Positions 50,799 to 60,852 of a DNA stretch of 64,000 nucleotides are shown piece after piece. The DNA lies in contig JAEUSK010000272.1 of NCBI GenBank assembly GCA_016787925.1, positions 12,668-76,667 of the forward strand. The letters are read 5' to 3'. Below the pieces are notes generated by a model. That model had not been told where the DNA came from. It saw only the letters and a program-made list of their open reading frames with translations, and made no database searches. The translations under genes were made by a program, and so were the position numbers. Origin of the DNA: a bacterium (lineage in GTDB: Bacteria > CLD3 > SB21). Within the stretch, counting starts at the first letter, position 1, and every line of letters begins with the position of its first letter.

Positions 50799-52331
50799 TT
50801 AATTTCCACTAATTCCAAGCGCTGGAAAGATCGAATGCGTTAAGCCGGAGTTAATTAAGTCAATGATCCATGCCGGATAAGCGCCTGCGAGAACGATCGT
50901 TAGCATCAGTACTGAAAGCGCAAATACTTCGCGCTTATCGGTATCAACCAAATGATGAAAATGTTCGTTTTTGAGCAGTGCCGCCGTATGATCTCCGAAA
51001 AATATGCGCTGCACGGCTCTAAGAACATAGATCGCCGTGAATACCACCCCGGTTAGACAAATTAACGCGATATATTTCATAGCAGGACTTGGAACCCCTG
51101 CGACACCTGCGGAGAATGCGCCTGTCAATACCAGTAATTCCGATACAAATCCCGACAACCCGGGTAACCCAAGTCCGGTCATTCCTGCAAAACCAAACGC
51201 AACGGCTGTAAAAGGCATGACCTTGGCCAGCCCTCCCATTTCCGTGATTTGCCGTGAGTGCAGCTTACCGTATACAACACCGACCAGCGCGAAAAGTAGA
51301 GCCGTCATGATGCCGTGAGCAAACATCTGATACACAGCCCCGTTTATTCCGGCAGGGGTCAGAGTACAAATACCCAGTGTCACAATACCAAGATGCGATA
51401 CGGATGAATATGCAATAATATACTTGAGGTCGGTTTGCCGCATGGCTGATAAGGAACCGTACACAATATTTATTACAGTCAGGCATGCAAAAAATAACGA
51501 CCATTCGTGCGCACCATAAGGCATAAATTGTAACCCGATTCTGATAATCCCATATCCGCCGAGTTTCATTAAAACACCCGCATGCAACATGCTTACCGCA
51601 GAAGGCGCCGAAGCATGTCCATCCGGAGACCATGTGTGAACAGGCCACAAACCGCCGATTGTTCCAAACCCGACAAAAATCATGGGATAGAAAATGTATT
51701 GCCAGCTCTCGTCGACAGTAAAATTCTTCATTAAAAAATCGTAGTCAAAACTCCATACGCCGGTTGCCGCATGGGCCTGTACGTAAACGCCAAAAATAGG
51801 AATAATTAGCAACGCGCTTCCCAGCATGAGATAAAGAGTCAGCTTCATAGCAGAGTATTCTTTTTTGCCTGTTCCCCAAATTCCGATGAGTAAATACATG
51901 GGCAATACGGCAAGTTCATAAAACACGAGAAACAAGAACATGTCAAATGAAACAAAAACGCCGAAAACGCCGGAAACCAACAAAAGAAGTAATGCAAAAA
52001 ATTCTTTTTGCCGCTCCTTAATTTCCCAGGAAATCAAACACCCTGTAAATATCGTGATGGAGGTCAGCAAAAGCATCGCAATACTCACGCCGTCAGCAGC
52101 AAGGTGAAAATGCATGCCTAATCGTTCCACCCACGGAATATTCAGTTCAAAGTTTCTGGGATTGGAAGGATCATATAAAATATATGCGACCACAGATAAA
52201 ACCACTGTGAGCAGGGAGGCAAACGACGACAACATGCGCGGGCCCGTAGCGTCTTCGGCAGGCATCAGCATTATTATGATAGAGGCTATAGCCGGCAAAG
52301 CGATAATGGCTGGTAATAAATAACTTTCCAC
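50799..52331 (-). CDS. nuoM: NADH-quinone oxidoreductase antiporter-like subunit, NuoM-type
   Basis: HTWSPDGHASAP..LMKLGGYGIIR matches the NuoM (chain 4) motif rather than the NuoN or NuoL motif; 510 aa; 14 TM. Confidence 0.7.
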   Translation of the reverse strand: MESYLLPAIIALPAIASIIIMLMPAEDATGPRMLSSFASLLTVVLSVVAYILYDPSNPRNFELNIPWVERLGMHFHLAADGVSIAMLLLTSITIFTGCLISWEIKERQKEFFALLLLLVSGVFGVFVSFDMFLFLVFYELAVLPMYLLIGIWGTGKKEYSAMKLTLYLMLGSALLIIPIFGVYVQAHAATGVWSFDYDFLMKNFTVDESWQYIFYPMIFVGFGTIGGLWPVHTWSPDGHASAPSAVSMLHAGVLMKLGGYGIIRIGLQFMPYGAHEWSLFFACLTVINIVYGSLSAMRQTDLKYIIAYSSVSHLGIVTLGICTLTPAGINGAVYQMFAHGIMTALLFALVGVVYGKLHSRQITEMGGLAKVMPFTAVAFGFAGMTGLGLPGLSGFVSELLVLTGAFSAGVAGVPSPAMKYIALICLTGVVFTAIYVLRAVQRIFFGDHTAALLKNEHFHHLVDTDKREVFALSVLMLTIVLAGAYPAWIIDLINSGLTHSIFPALGISGN

Positions 52332-52352
52332 TTGTCAATTCCTATGGTTAGA

Positions 52353-54410
52353 TTATTCTGAACTAAAACTTACATTGTAAACAGCAAAACCCTTTCGCGC
52401 GTCATTCGCGGCGTTACGGTTATATCCAAATTGAATAACGTTCTGACCGGGTTGAAACCACTTTGCATCCAGTTCCGCAACAACCGTTTCGCGCTGATTT
52501 GTCAGGCACTTTGAAATATAGGCAGAATGCGCGTTGTTAATGACTACAAAAGCTTCCCGATCGTCGTCAATGGCCTCACCATCCACGAATATCTTTACCT
52601 TCAATTTACCGCCAAGATCAGGCATGTTAATGGGAAATTGCTGTGAAGCCTGCGTTTCCGGAGATTTGCCAAGTTCGAATACAAATGATTTTGGCGGTTC
52701 GGGCGCGTCATGATCCCAACTGAAAACCTGAACCGTTCCGTCCGTACATGCATCAAAGTGATACGTTAGATTTTTCATAACGTAATCCCGCACGCGCGGG
52801 TCTGTCATGACATTATAGAAATAATAATCGGCAAAGACCCAGCCTCTTTTGAACCGTTGCGTCGTTTCCACAAAATTTTCATATGTCGTGCCGTTCGGCG
52901 CCGTTGTCTCTATTTTTTCATTGGATATATACCGCTTTACATACTCGCTGTAGTGCATTTGCCGAAACCATAAGGAACTGTCAATACCGAGGTAATGATT
53001 AGTTCCTGACGGCATCGTTGAAAAGATGATATCATCCTTTTGGATTTTCGCCTTTACATTTTGTGAAGCTTCCCGCCAATTCGAGAAAAACCAGTTGGAT
53101 ATTTCACCCCGCGCCACCATACCATGGCGTTGGGGTCGAATTAGTGCTCTTAAATCTTTTATCGGAGCAAATGAAATCAGAACAGCAACCGTTCCTAAAA
53201 TAACCGCGATATTGATTACAGCCCTTTGAGCCAACGAAGGCGGGAGTAAATACAAACCAATCACCCGCCAGATTCCATACACTGCAACCCCCGCTCCAAT
53301 CAAAAAAAACGGGTAAATGAATATCAAATATCGCGTCGTGGCCGGGTCATAAAATACAAAACTCATTAACATCAGCGGAACAATAAAAAGTGAAATCAAA
53401 AAAACAGCAGACTTTCTTTGGACAAAAAATGCAACGATTAAGCCGATAAAACCGAGCCACCAGTAATTTGGAAAATCAACCTTAAAGACCGACATATAAA
53501 TATTAAATACTTTGGCAGGATCCGCAGATGCCCACATTTGGAAAATAATGTCCCATCGCGGGATGAACCACAAAACACCTTCCTCATGCATGACCAGGCC
53601 GGCCACGGGCCGTATGATATCCGCCATAAACGGCGTATAGAATAAAAACATAAAAAGCAAAGTCCCATAAAGTATCCAACTGTATTTATTCGTAAAACGG
53701 CCATCCTTTTTTTGATATAAATTCCATAAGGCCATTGCGGAACCGTACGCCATGAACGTAAAAATAAAAAAGAAAGTGAGCTGGTGATTGAGCAATGACG
53801 CCAGTAAAGCAAACGGGAATAATAAAAGATATTTTTTTTGAATTCCGTTACGGTCAAACCAATTCGCCGAATTTCCGGATCTGCCGCCTTCAAGCGCAAG
53901 CCAAAAGACAATAATGAGAAGCAAATAAAATAATTCAAAACTTGCGTAGTTACGGCTGACTCTGGACCAGAACACTGAATAGACGGACACGGTTGCAAGC
54001 CCCGCAGCAATGGTCCCAATGAACCGGTTAAACAAGATCTTGCCGAGAAAATATGTTGCAGGGATAACCAGCGTGCCGAGAATAACGCTGACCATCCGCG
54101 CAGAATAGTCACTGATGCCGAATATCGAATAATTTAAGAAAACTAAAACCGTCAGAAAAATCCCGTTGTTGTCGTGATGACTCAGGATAGATTTACCCTG
54201 AAAAACGCCCGCCGCCTGATCGGGAATTATGAATTCATCAGTCCATAAACTTAGAAAATCCAATTGAAATTCTCGTAGTAAGAATCCTACGATCATTAGA
54301 ACGACGACAAAATACACGGCATACTTTTCAAACCATTCCGATAACGGAAAAGTGTTAATCGGTATCTCCGTCGTCTTCAGAGTAACTTTTTTTGTAACCG
54401 TTTTTTTCAT
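52353..54410 (-). CDS. GT-C-fold membrane glycosyltransferase (GT39/GT83, ArnT/PMT-like) with C-terminal periplasmic domain
   Basis: Approx. 12 TM helices, an acidic DE motif in the first periplasmic loop (LWTDEFIIPD), and an approx. 230 aa soluble C-terminal domain. 685 aa. Confidence 0.6.
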   Translation of the reverse strand: MKKTVTKKVTLKTTEIPINTFPLSEWFEKYAVYFVVVLMIVGFLLREFQLDFLSLWTDEFIIPDQAAGVFQGKSILSHHDNNGIFLTVLVFLNYSIFGISDYSARMVSVILGTLVIPATYFLGKILFNRFIGTIAAGLATVSVYSVFWSRVSRNYASFELFYLLLIIVFWLALEGGRSGNSANWFDRNGIQKKYLLLFPFALLASLLNHQLTFFFIFTFMAYGSAMALWNLYQKKDGRFTNKYSWILYGTLLFMFLFYTPFMADIIRPVAGLVMHEEGVLWFIPRWDIIFQMWASADPAKVFNIYMSVFKVDFPNYWWLGFIGLIVAFFVQRKSAVFLISLFIVPLMLMSFVFYDPATTRYLIFIYPFFLIGAGVAVYGIWRVIGLYLLPPSLAQRAVINIAVILGTVAVLISFAPIKDLRALIRPQRHGMVARGEISNWFFSNWREASQNVKAKIQKDDIIFSTMPSGTNHYLGIDSSLWFRQMHYSEYVKRYISNEKIETTAPNGTTYENFVETTQRFKRGWVFADYYFYNVMTDPRVRDYVMKNLTYHFDACTDGTVQVFSWDHDAPEPPKSFVFELGKSPETQASQQFPINMPDLGGKLKVKIFVDGEAIDDDREAFVVINNAHSAYISKCLTNQRETVVAELDAKWFQPGQNVIQFGYNRNAANDARKGFAVYNVSFSSE

Positions 54411-54444
54411 TAATTATATTGTTTTCTGAACCAAAAAAACAAAC

Positions 54445-55212
54445 TCAAGGCAACCTCTCCATCTTGCGATAACGATCAGAAATAACATACTGCCAGATCA
54501 GCTCCAAATATCCTCGAATCGTCCGGAATATCTTATTTCCGGACATCCCCTGTTTATTGTCATAGCGCAGAATCAGGGGAATCTCAGCAGTTTTCCGCGT
54601 GAGGTTGCCCATCTTCAGGAGCAGGCTGCAAATAGAAGCAAAGCCCCTGCCTTCAATAAGCCTGTCGCCATAACGGTCAAAACTTGATTTGATCAGTCCG
54701 ACGCGGCACGCCCGGTAAAAAATAGAATAGTCTTTCACATTGGGCAACCCAACGAGAATACGCATGATCCATGAAACACCGTAGCTGAAAATCTGCCGTG
54801 TCCATGGACAGCCTATCATCCCGCCGTTCCCTTCAAATCGGGATGCAATCACTATATCATCACCCGACTCAATTCGCCGGATCATCTCCGGTATCAGGCG
54901 CGGATCCTGTGTGTTATCAGAATCCAACACAACACAAATATCTTTTTCCGGTTCTTTGCTGTCTTCAATAATAAACTTAAATCCTTTTTTGAAAACTTCC
55001 GTCACACCCTGATTCTGCGGGAACGTAATCAACTTGAGATCGAGTTCAGATATGAACGAACGAGCGACTTCGCTCGTGCGATCCTTGCTGCCGTCGTCCA
55101 CCACGACAACGCGGAAAGGATCTCTGCTTGACGCGGAGATTTCTTTAAGAATCGGGAGAACTTCCTGAAGCCCGTTTTCCTCATTATAGGACGGCAGCAA
55201 TATGTAAATCAT
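54445..55212 (-). CDS. GT2 polyprenyl-phosphate sugar transferase (ArnC / DPM-synthase-like)
   Basis: ILLPSYNEE..VVVVDDGSKD..DSD (DxD) GT-A motifs; 255 aa; no TM tail. Confidence 0.7.
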   Translation of the reverse strand: MIYILLPSYNEENGLQEVLPILKEISASSRDPFRVVVVDDGSKDRTSEVARSFISELDLKLITFPQNQGVTEVFKKGFKFIIEDSKEPEKDICVVLDSDNTQDPRLIPEMIRRIESGDDIVIASRFEGNGGMIGCPWTRQIFSYGVSWIMRILVGLPNVKDYSIFYRACRVGLIKSSFDRYGDRLIEGRGFASICSLLLKMGNLTRKTAEIPLILRYDNKQGMSGNKIFRTIRGYLELIWQYVISDRYRKMERLP

Positions 55213-56172
55213 TTACCACTCACACTTATTCAGGTTTTGCTTACGCAGCCATTCGTAATACTCACGAAGTCCCGTCTCCAGTTCTATCTCCGGCTGATAC
55301 CCAAGAATTTTTTTTGCAAGGTCCACTGACGCAACGCGGCGCGTAACGGAATCCCAATTCCGTCGTTCGTGATGAACGACTCTTGATTTCGAATCGGTAA
55401 TCCTGAGTATCATTTGAACAAGATCCTTAATTTTTGTTTCACGGCCTGACGCAATATTGATAACCTTCCCACTCGCAGTTTCCGTTTCCGCCGCAAGAAT
55501 TGTAGCTCGAACGGAGTCTTTCACAAAATTAAAATCACGCGTCTCTTCTCCCGTACCGGTAATAATAATATCCTCATTACGCATGGCTTTTGCCAGAAAA
55601 TTGGCGATTACATTGCGATATTTGCCGGGATACTCATTCGGCCCGAAAACGTTAAAATACCTAAGGGTTACTGTATTTAGCCCGTGATGGTGGTTAAAAA
55701 ATCGAACGTATCTTTCGCCGAGCAATTTGGTAATGGCATAAGGCGTATCCAGGCTATATTCCTGGCACTTTTCATCCAGTGGCTCATTGCGATCCCCATA
55801 GACGCACGACGACGAAGTGTATACAAATTTTTTGACTTTATTCTCAACCGAACGAAGTAGTATTTTTAAAGTGCCCATGCCGTTAACCTGCAGATCGCGT
55901 TGCGGAAAATCTACCGAGTTTTGATTGGCAAAATTAGCCGCAAGATGAAAAACGACATCAGTCGATTCGGAAATCGCTTGCCGTAAGTCTTCAGCCGACT
56001 CCACACTGCCCTGTATGAAGCGGACATTGGGCCGCATGACAATATTTTCAACATGCCCGGAAGAGAGATTATCAAGAACCGTGATACGGTTGCCGGAATC
56101 CTCGGAAAGCCGATTAACCATGCTGCTGCCGATGGCCCCGGCGCCACCCGTTACGAGAATGTTTTTTGTCAT
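55213..56172 (-). CDS. NAD-dependent sugar-nucleotide epimerase/dehydratase or decarboxylase (SDR, UXS/ArnA-C-like)
   Basis: VTGGAGAIGS Rossmann motif, catalytic YAITK (YxxxK), SSSCVYG. The stop abuts the GT2 start. Confidence 0.7.
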   Translation of the reverse strand: MTKNILVTGGAGAIGSSMVNRLSEDSGNRITVLDNLSSGHVENIVMRPNVRFIQGSVESAEDLRQAISESTDVVFHLAANFANQNSVDFPQRDLQVNGMGTLKILLRSVENKVKKFVYTSSSCVYGDRNEPLDEKCQEYSLDTPYAITKLLGERYVRFFNHHHGLNTVTLRYFNVFGPNEYPGKYRNVIANFLAKAMRNEDIIITGTGEETRDFNFVKDSVRATILAAETETASGKVINIASGRETKIKDLVQMILRITDSKSRVVHHERRNWDSVTRRVASVDLAKKILGYQPEIELETGLREYYEWLRKQNLNKCEW

Positions 56173-56212
56173 TTTGTGTTGGTTTTTTATCTATTTCAAT
56201 GGTTGTTCACAG

Positions 56213-57844
56213 CTATAATTTTATTTTTTCAAAAACATACATCGCAAATCGCCGGTCAGTAGATATAAACTGCTGCTGCATTTTAAAATTTGGATTATTT
56301 ACAATATCTTCCTGCTGAACATTGCTTGAAAGACGCCAACTGTAGTGCGAGTCCCATAAAACGATCCCTCCTACCGGCAACGCATCCAATTTTTCTTTGC
56401 GCATTTCATAGTACGCTCCCTCTTTTGACGGCGCCGTGTAAAAATTATAATTGTCATAAAAGAAAAACCATGAATGCGCAACCATCGTCTTCGGCGAATT
56501 GGCTTTCAAGTTAGCATTATAATATTCATAACAATTCCGTACGGCTTGCTGTTCCGGCGCAAGCTGCAGCGGTTTTTCTTTTGACAGTGTGTACCAGCAT
56601 GAGCCCAGTGCCACTGCAGTTAACATAATTAGTTTTGTTTCCTTGCCCTGTATCTTCAGAAATTGATTTAGTACAAAGAAAAAGAGTAACAGCAGAACTA
56701 ACAAAAACTTTGAATACTCACGTAATGGCAATCCTGTGGCCGGGTTGACGACTGAAAAGCTGCCAAATAGTTCCACTGAATAGTATACCAAAACTATGAC
56801 CGTAACAACAACAAGTGAAATGGTATTAAAAGTCCGGTCTTTGTCATTTCCGCTCACAAACCACTTATTGAATCCTTGCAGAGCCATGAGCGCCATGACG
56901 GGCGCAATCGCAACAAAATGTCGGAGAAATCCGGCATGCGCCACATTTCCCTTCCAGTACATATAGACGTGCGCTGCAAATATGACGACGACTGAAAAAT
57001 TGATAATAGTTACACTTTTATTCTTCACGTCATGCGCAAGCTGCAGCAGCATAAAAGCGAATACGATGGGCCCGGCAATAAAAATAAATGTCTGAAAATA
57101 GTGATCGAAGGGCCCGTTGGCGTACTGTCCGTGTGCAAAACTTTTTGAAGCGGTAAGTAAATACAAAATGTCGCCCGTTACAATCATACCGGCGATTTGA
57201 TAAAGCACTAAGCCGAATCCGAGCAGTAATATCGGAACGTATTTTTTTTCTTGGTACAAAAGCCATGCAAATATGGGAAGGATCAATATAAGCTCACTGC
57301 GAGCCAAAGGAACCATGGATAAGACTATAGCCGCCCCATTCCAGTTCTTTTTGTAAAACCAAAACAATCCCAACGCCAAGAAAAAAGCCGCTAATGGTTC
57401 CGTACAAAGACTAAAACTGGTAATAAAGAAAAACGGCTGGGCAATAGTAAAAACGATTGCTATCCATGCGTTTTGAATTTCTGCAGCAACGGCCGCTTTA
57501 TAAACAAAATAACATGTCCCAACTGTTAAAACAGCCGTGATAGCAGCGCAATACCAGTATCCCGCTTGTGCAGGAAGGACAAAAAACAAAATCGCAAGCG
57601 GTCTCCCCCAGAAATTCAGAATAAAATCGGGCTTAACCCATGCCGCCTGCGCCATGAAATAGCGGTTAATACTATCGTCGTCATAAGGCCTTGGAGAATT
57701 GACCAGCCAGTAAAATATAACAACGCCTACAATGGCAAGAAAAGCCCAGACTGATTTTTCCGAAAGTTCGAATGCATCCGAAAACGTTTTTGGATTTTTA
57801 ATCGGCGGGGTGGAAGAAGATTTTTTTTTTACTGCGTTTGCCAT
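56213..57844 (-). CDS. GT-C-fold membrane glycosyltransferase (ArnT/PMT-like), second copy
   Basis: Polytopic (approx. 11 TM) with the acidic loop motif RPYDDDSINRY after TM1 and a C-terminal soluble domain. Starts 9 nt after the nuoL stop. Confidence 0.55.
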   Translation of the reverse strand: MANAVKKKSSSTPPIKNPKTFSDAFELSEKSVWAFLAIVGVVIFYWLVNSPRPYDDDSINRYFMAQAAWVKPDFILNFWGRPLAILFFVLPAQAGYWYCAAITAVLTVGTCYFVYKAAVAAEIQNAWIAIVFTIAQPFFFITSFSLCTEPLAAFFLALGLFWFYKKNWNGAAIVLSMVPLARSELILILPIFAWLLYQEKKYVPILLLGFGLVLYQIAGMIVTGDILYLLTASKSFAHGQYANGPFDHYFQTFIFIAGPIVFAFMLLQLAHDVKNKSVTIINFSVVVIFAAHVYMYWKGNVAHAGFLRHFVAIAPVMALMALQGFNKWFVSGNDKDRTFNTISLVVVTVIVLVYYSVELFGSFSVVNPATGLPLREYSKFLLVLLLLFFFVLNQFLKIQGKETKLIMLTAVALGSCWYTLSKEKPLQLAPEQQAVRNCYEYYNANLKANSPKTMVAHSWFFFYDNYNFYTAPSKEGAYYEMRKEKLDALPVGGIVLWDSHYSWRLSSNVQQEDIVNNPNFKMQQQFISTDRRFAMYVFEKIKL

Positions 57845-57853
57845 TTCATACGA

Positions 57854-59836
57854 TTATTGAATCATCTGTGCAAGAATGCCGGGAACTTTCATGTACAGAA
57901 AACCTAAAACAAACAAAAGCCCGACAAAGACGACTAAAATGTAATTCTGTAACTTTCCGCTTTGAACGGGCTGTAAGACTAAACCGAAACGCGTCGTCAT
58001 AAAACCGACCAGATCAACCGAGCCATCCACAATGTGACGATCAAACCATGCGCATCCGGCAGCAATCCTGAATAGAATATTATTGAGTATCCATGACCAC
58101 ACTTCATCAATGTACCATTTATTTTCAAGATGCGTATAAAGTTTTCCCAATTTAGCGCGTAACGGATCATGCGCTTCGCTCGTCCATTCCGCAGGACGTT
58201 TGGCGTATAAAACAAATGCAGAAACGATGCCAAGGCCGGCAACCAGCACGGAAATTCCGGCTATGGATAAATGAAACACCGCCTCATGATTCCACTCCGG
58301 ATTCAAAAATGCCGCATAACTTGTTATGTTAAGTGTATGTGCGATATCATGATTTCCTATTAGCCCTGCGAATACCGACAGGGTCGCCAAAACGATCAGT
58401 GGAAATGTCATGCTGAACTCCGATTCATGCGGATGAGCCGATGCCGGAGTCTTGCCCCAAAATGCAACGAGACACAAACGAAACATATAAAATGCGGTGA
58501 GAAATGCTCCCGCTAAAGCGACGCCGAACAAAATATACCCGTGCACCGTCCCTACTTCCATACAGAGCGCTAATATCTCATCTTTACTCCAGAAGCCCGC
58601 AAACGGCGGAATTCCTGACAGCGCGATCGTCCCTATAATAAACGTCCAAACCGTAATTTTCATTTTTGATTTAAGTCCGCCCATCTCCCAAATATTATTA
58701 GTATGCATCGCGTGAATAACGCTGCCGGCGCCAAGGAAGAGAAGAGCTTTGAAGAATGCATGGGTGAATAAGTGAAAAGTTCCTGCCGTCTGCCCCATCA
58801 AGGCAAGATCGCTTCCTGCGTGTCCGTTGCTGGTGTTAGATAACCCGATACTGCCGCCGATGCCTAAAGCGAGCATCATATACCCTAATTGGCTTAGCGT
58901 CGAGAATGCGAGTATACGTTTAATATCATGTTGAGCAACCGCTATGGTCGCCGAAAAGAGCGCCGTAAAGCCGCCGATATAAGCCACCCACAACATGGTG
59001 TCCGGCGTTTGCGCAAAAATCATAATAGCGCGTGCCACAAGAAAAATTCCGGCGACGACCATCGTCGCGGCGTGGATCAAGGCGGACACAGGCGTAGGTC
59101 CTTCCATGGCGTCCGGCAGCCAGATATGCAGCGGAAATTGGCCGCTCTTGCCCATGGCGCCGAAAAAAATCAGAAACGGAAAAATCCGCGCCAGAAATTC
59201 CGTCGTTTCCCCATACAGCGTTTGAATTTCTGCAAAGTTAAATGTTCCGAAATAACCCCAGCAGATCACGACCGCCATAAAAAAGCCAAGGTCGCCGGCG
59301 CGAGTAACTGAAAATGCTTTCTTTGCTGCGTCCGCCGCTGTTTTCTTGGTATAGTAATAACCAATCAGAAGATACGAGCATAATCCGACCAGTTCCCAGA
59401 ATATGAACATCTGTAACATGTTGTCGGACAAAACCAACCCAAGCATTGAAAACGTAAATAACGACAGATAGGAAAAAAACCGCGACTTACCGTCCTCATG
59501 CTTCATATAACCTAGTGAGTAGATATGAACAAGCATGGTTACCGTTGTTACGACGATCAGCATCATGACGGATAACGGATCAAGAAACACACCGACGCTG
59601 ACATTCAGGGCTTTGCCGAGAGGAATCCACTGAATATTCAACATCTGAGCGCTTCCTGCACCGGCGAGCATTTCCATTGTGACACGAATGGATAAGTAAA
59701 ACGAAGCCACGACCACTGCAACTGAAATGAAAGCCGTAAGATCTCTATATTTTTGCGTGAACAAGACCGTGAAAATAAACGAGAATAAAGGCAGCGCAGG
59801 TATGAGCCAGGCTAATTCATAATATGTTGGATTCAC
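57854..59836 (-). CDS. nuoL: NADH-quinone oxidoreductase subunit L
   Basis: GKSGQFPLHIWLPDAMEGPTPVSALIHAATMV; 660 aa with a long horizontal helix region. Confidence 0.9.
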   Translation of the reverse strand: MNPTYYELAWLIPALPLFSFIFTVLFTQKYRDLTAFISVAVVVASFYLSIRVTMEMLAGAGSAQMLNIQWIPLGKALNVSVGVFLDPLSVMMLIVVTTVTMLVHIYSLGYMKHEDGKSRFFSYLSLFTFSMLGLVLSDNMLQMFIFWELVGLCSYLLIGYYYTKKTAADAAKKAFSVTRAGDLGFFMAVVICWGYFGTFNFAEIQTLYGETTEFLARIFPFLIFFGAMGKSGQFPLHIWLPDAMEGPTPVSALIHAATMVVAGIFLVARAIMIFAQTPDTMLWVAYIGGFTALFSATIAVAQHDIKRILAFSTLSQLGYMMLALGIGGSIGLSNTSNGHAGSDLALMGQTAGTFHLFTHAFFKALLFLGAGSVIHAMHTNNIWEMGGLKSKMKITVWTFIIGTIALSGIPPFAGFWSKDEILALCMEVGTVHGYILFGVALAGAFLTAFYMFRLCLVAFWGKTPASAHPHESEFSMTFPLIVLATLSVFAGLIGNHDIAHTLNITSYAAFLNPEWNHEAVFHLSIAGISVLVAGLGIVSAFVLYAKRPAEWTSEAHDPLRAKLGKLYTHLENKWYIDEVWSWILNNILFRIAAGCAWFDRHIVDGSVDLVGFMTTRFGLVLQPVQSGKLQNYILVVFVGLLFVLGFLYMKVPGILAQMIQ

Positions 59837-59924
59837 AGAAACTCCTCGTCAACTAAGATCAAATATCTCGTGTCGGTGAAACACTATTATAACACGGCCA
59901 CACCGAACAAGACAATTATATAGG

Positions 59925-60236
59925 TTAATTTTTCAGCGTATTTAATCCGCCGATTTCTAAATTTTTGAAGTTCTTATATACCGACATCACGATCGCAAGC
60001 CCGACTGCAGCTTCAGCCGCCGCCACCGTCATAATGAAAATAACAAACACCTGACCGGTGACCTGCTCCGGATAGAGAAAACGATTAAATGCGACTGCGG
60101 TCAAATTAATGGAGTTGAAAAGAATCTCAATTGAGATCAGCATAAGGATAACCGATCGGCGGACCATCACGCCGACCATACCAATCGCAAATAAAATAAA
60201 ACTCAAAACCAAATAATGATAAATTCCGATTTCCAT
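59925..60236 (-). CDS. nuoK: NADH-quinone oxidoreductase subunit K
   Basis: 103 aa, three TM; ..EAAVGLAI.. motif. Confidence 0.85.
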   Translation of the reverse strand: MEIGIYHYLVLSFILFAIGMVGVMVRRSVILMLISIEILFNSINLTAVAFNRFLYPEQVTGQVFVIFIMTVAAAEAAVGLAIVMSVYKNFKNLEIGGLNTLKN

Positions 60237-60249
60237 GATTCACCTTTTT

Positions 60250-60837
60250 CTAAACATGCATCTCTTCAGTTTCTTTAACATGATTTTTGACCGCGCTGCT
60301 CTCATCGTCCACAAACGATTCCTGAACGTATAGTTTGCGATCGTCCTGCTTGGCAATATGCAGCGCGCCGATCAACGCGACTAATAACAAAATGGATACC
60401 ACGTCAAATGCCAGAATAAAGTCTGACAACAGCGCTGTACCGATTGCGCCGAGCATGTCCGGCGGTAATGAGCCGGATTCGGTCACCACTCCGCCCCACC
60501 CGCCTCTTAAAACAACGGATATGATCAAACTTAAAAAGCCCAGCGTTGCAAGCGATGAAATCCAAAGTTGACTATTGAATTTTTGTCTTGTTTCATCGTT
60601 GATCCGCGTGGTGAGCATGATTGCAAACACAATCAGCATCGTAATCGCTCCAATATATACCAGCACCTGTACTACAGCCAAAAATTCTGCGTCGAGCGTG
60701 ATAAATAAAGCCGCAAGACAAAACAACATCCCGGCCATAAAGGTGGCCGACTTAAAAATATTCTTATGCAGAATAGTGGCCAGAGCCAGCGCGACGGCTA
60801 ATATTCCAAACACATAAAATGCAACGGCATGTCCCAT
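60250..60837 (-). CDS. nuoJ: NADH-quinone oxidoreductase subunit J
   Basis: 195 aa, five TM; N-terminal conserved region typical of ND6. Confidence 0.8.
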   Translation of the reverse strand: MGHAVAFYVFGILAVALALATILHKNIFKSATFMAGMLFCLAALFITLDAEFLAVVQVLVYIGAITMLIVFAIMLTTRINDETRQKFNSQLWISSLATLGFLSLIISVVLRGGWGGVVTESGSLPPDMLGAIGTALLSDFILAFDVVSILLLVALIGALHIAKQDDRKLYVQESFVDDESSAVKNHVKETEEMHV

Positions 60838-60852
60838 AATATCAATTCCTCA

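Noticed and set aside
50799-52331. Possibility that the single antiporter-like subunit after the cassette is NuoN rather than NuoM.
   Set aside because: The motif HTW.PD.H..AP...LMKLGGYG and the approx. 510 aa length fit NuoM. The NuoN signature (PDVYEGAP..AF) is absent.
53438-54112. 224 aa ORF in the track, and many other 60-140 aa ORFs nested inside or antisense to large genes (e.g. 5735-6148, 18385-18765, 20363-20833, 58928-59311, 38736-39029).
   Set aside because: They lie out of frame or antisense within well-supported genes, have low-complexity or Arg/Cys-rich translations, and lack an RBS. They are judged spurious.
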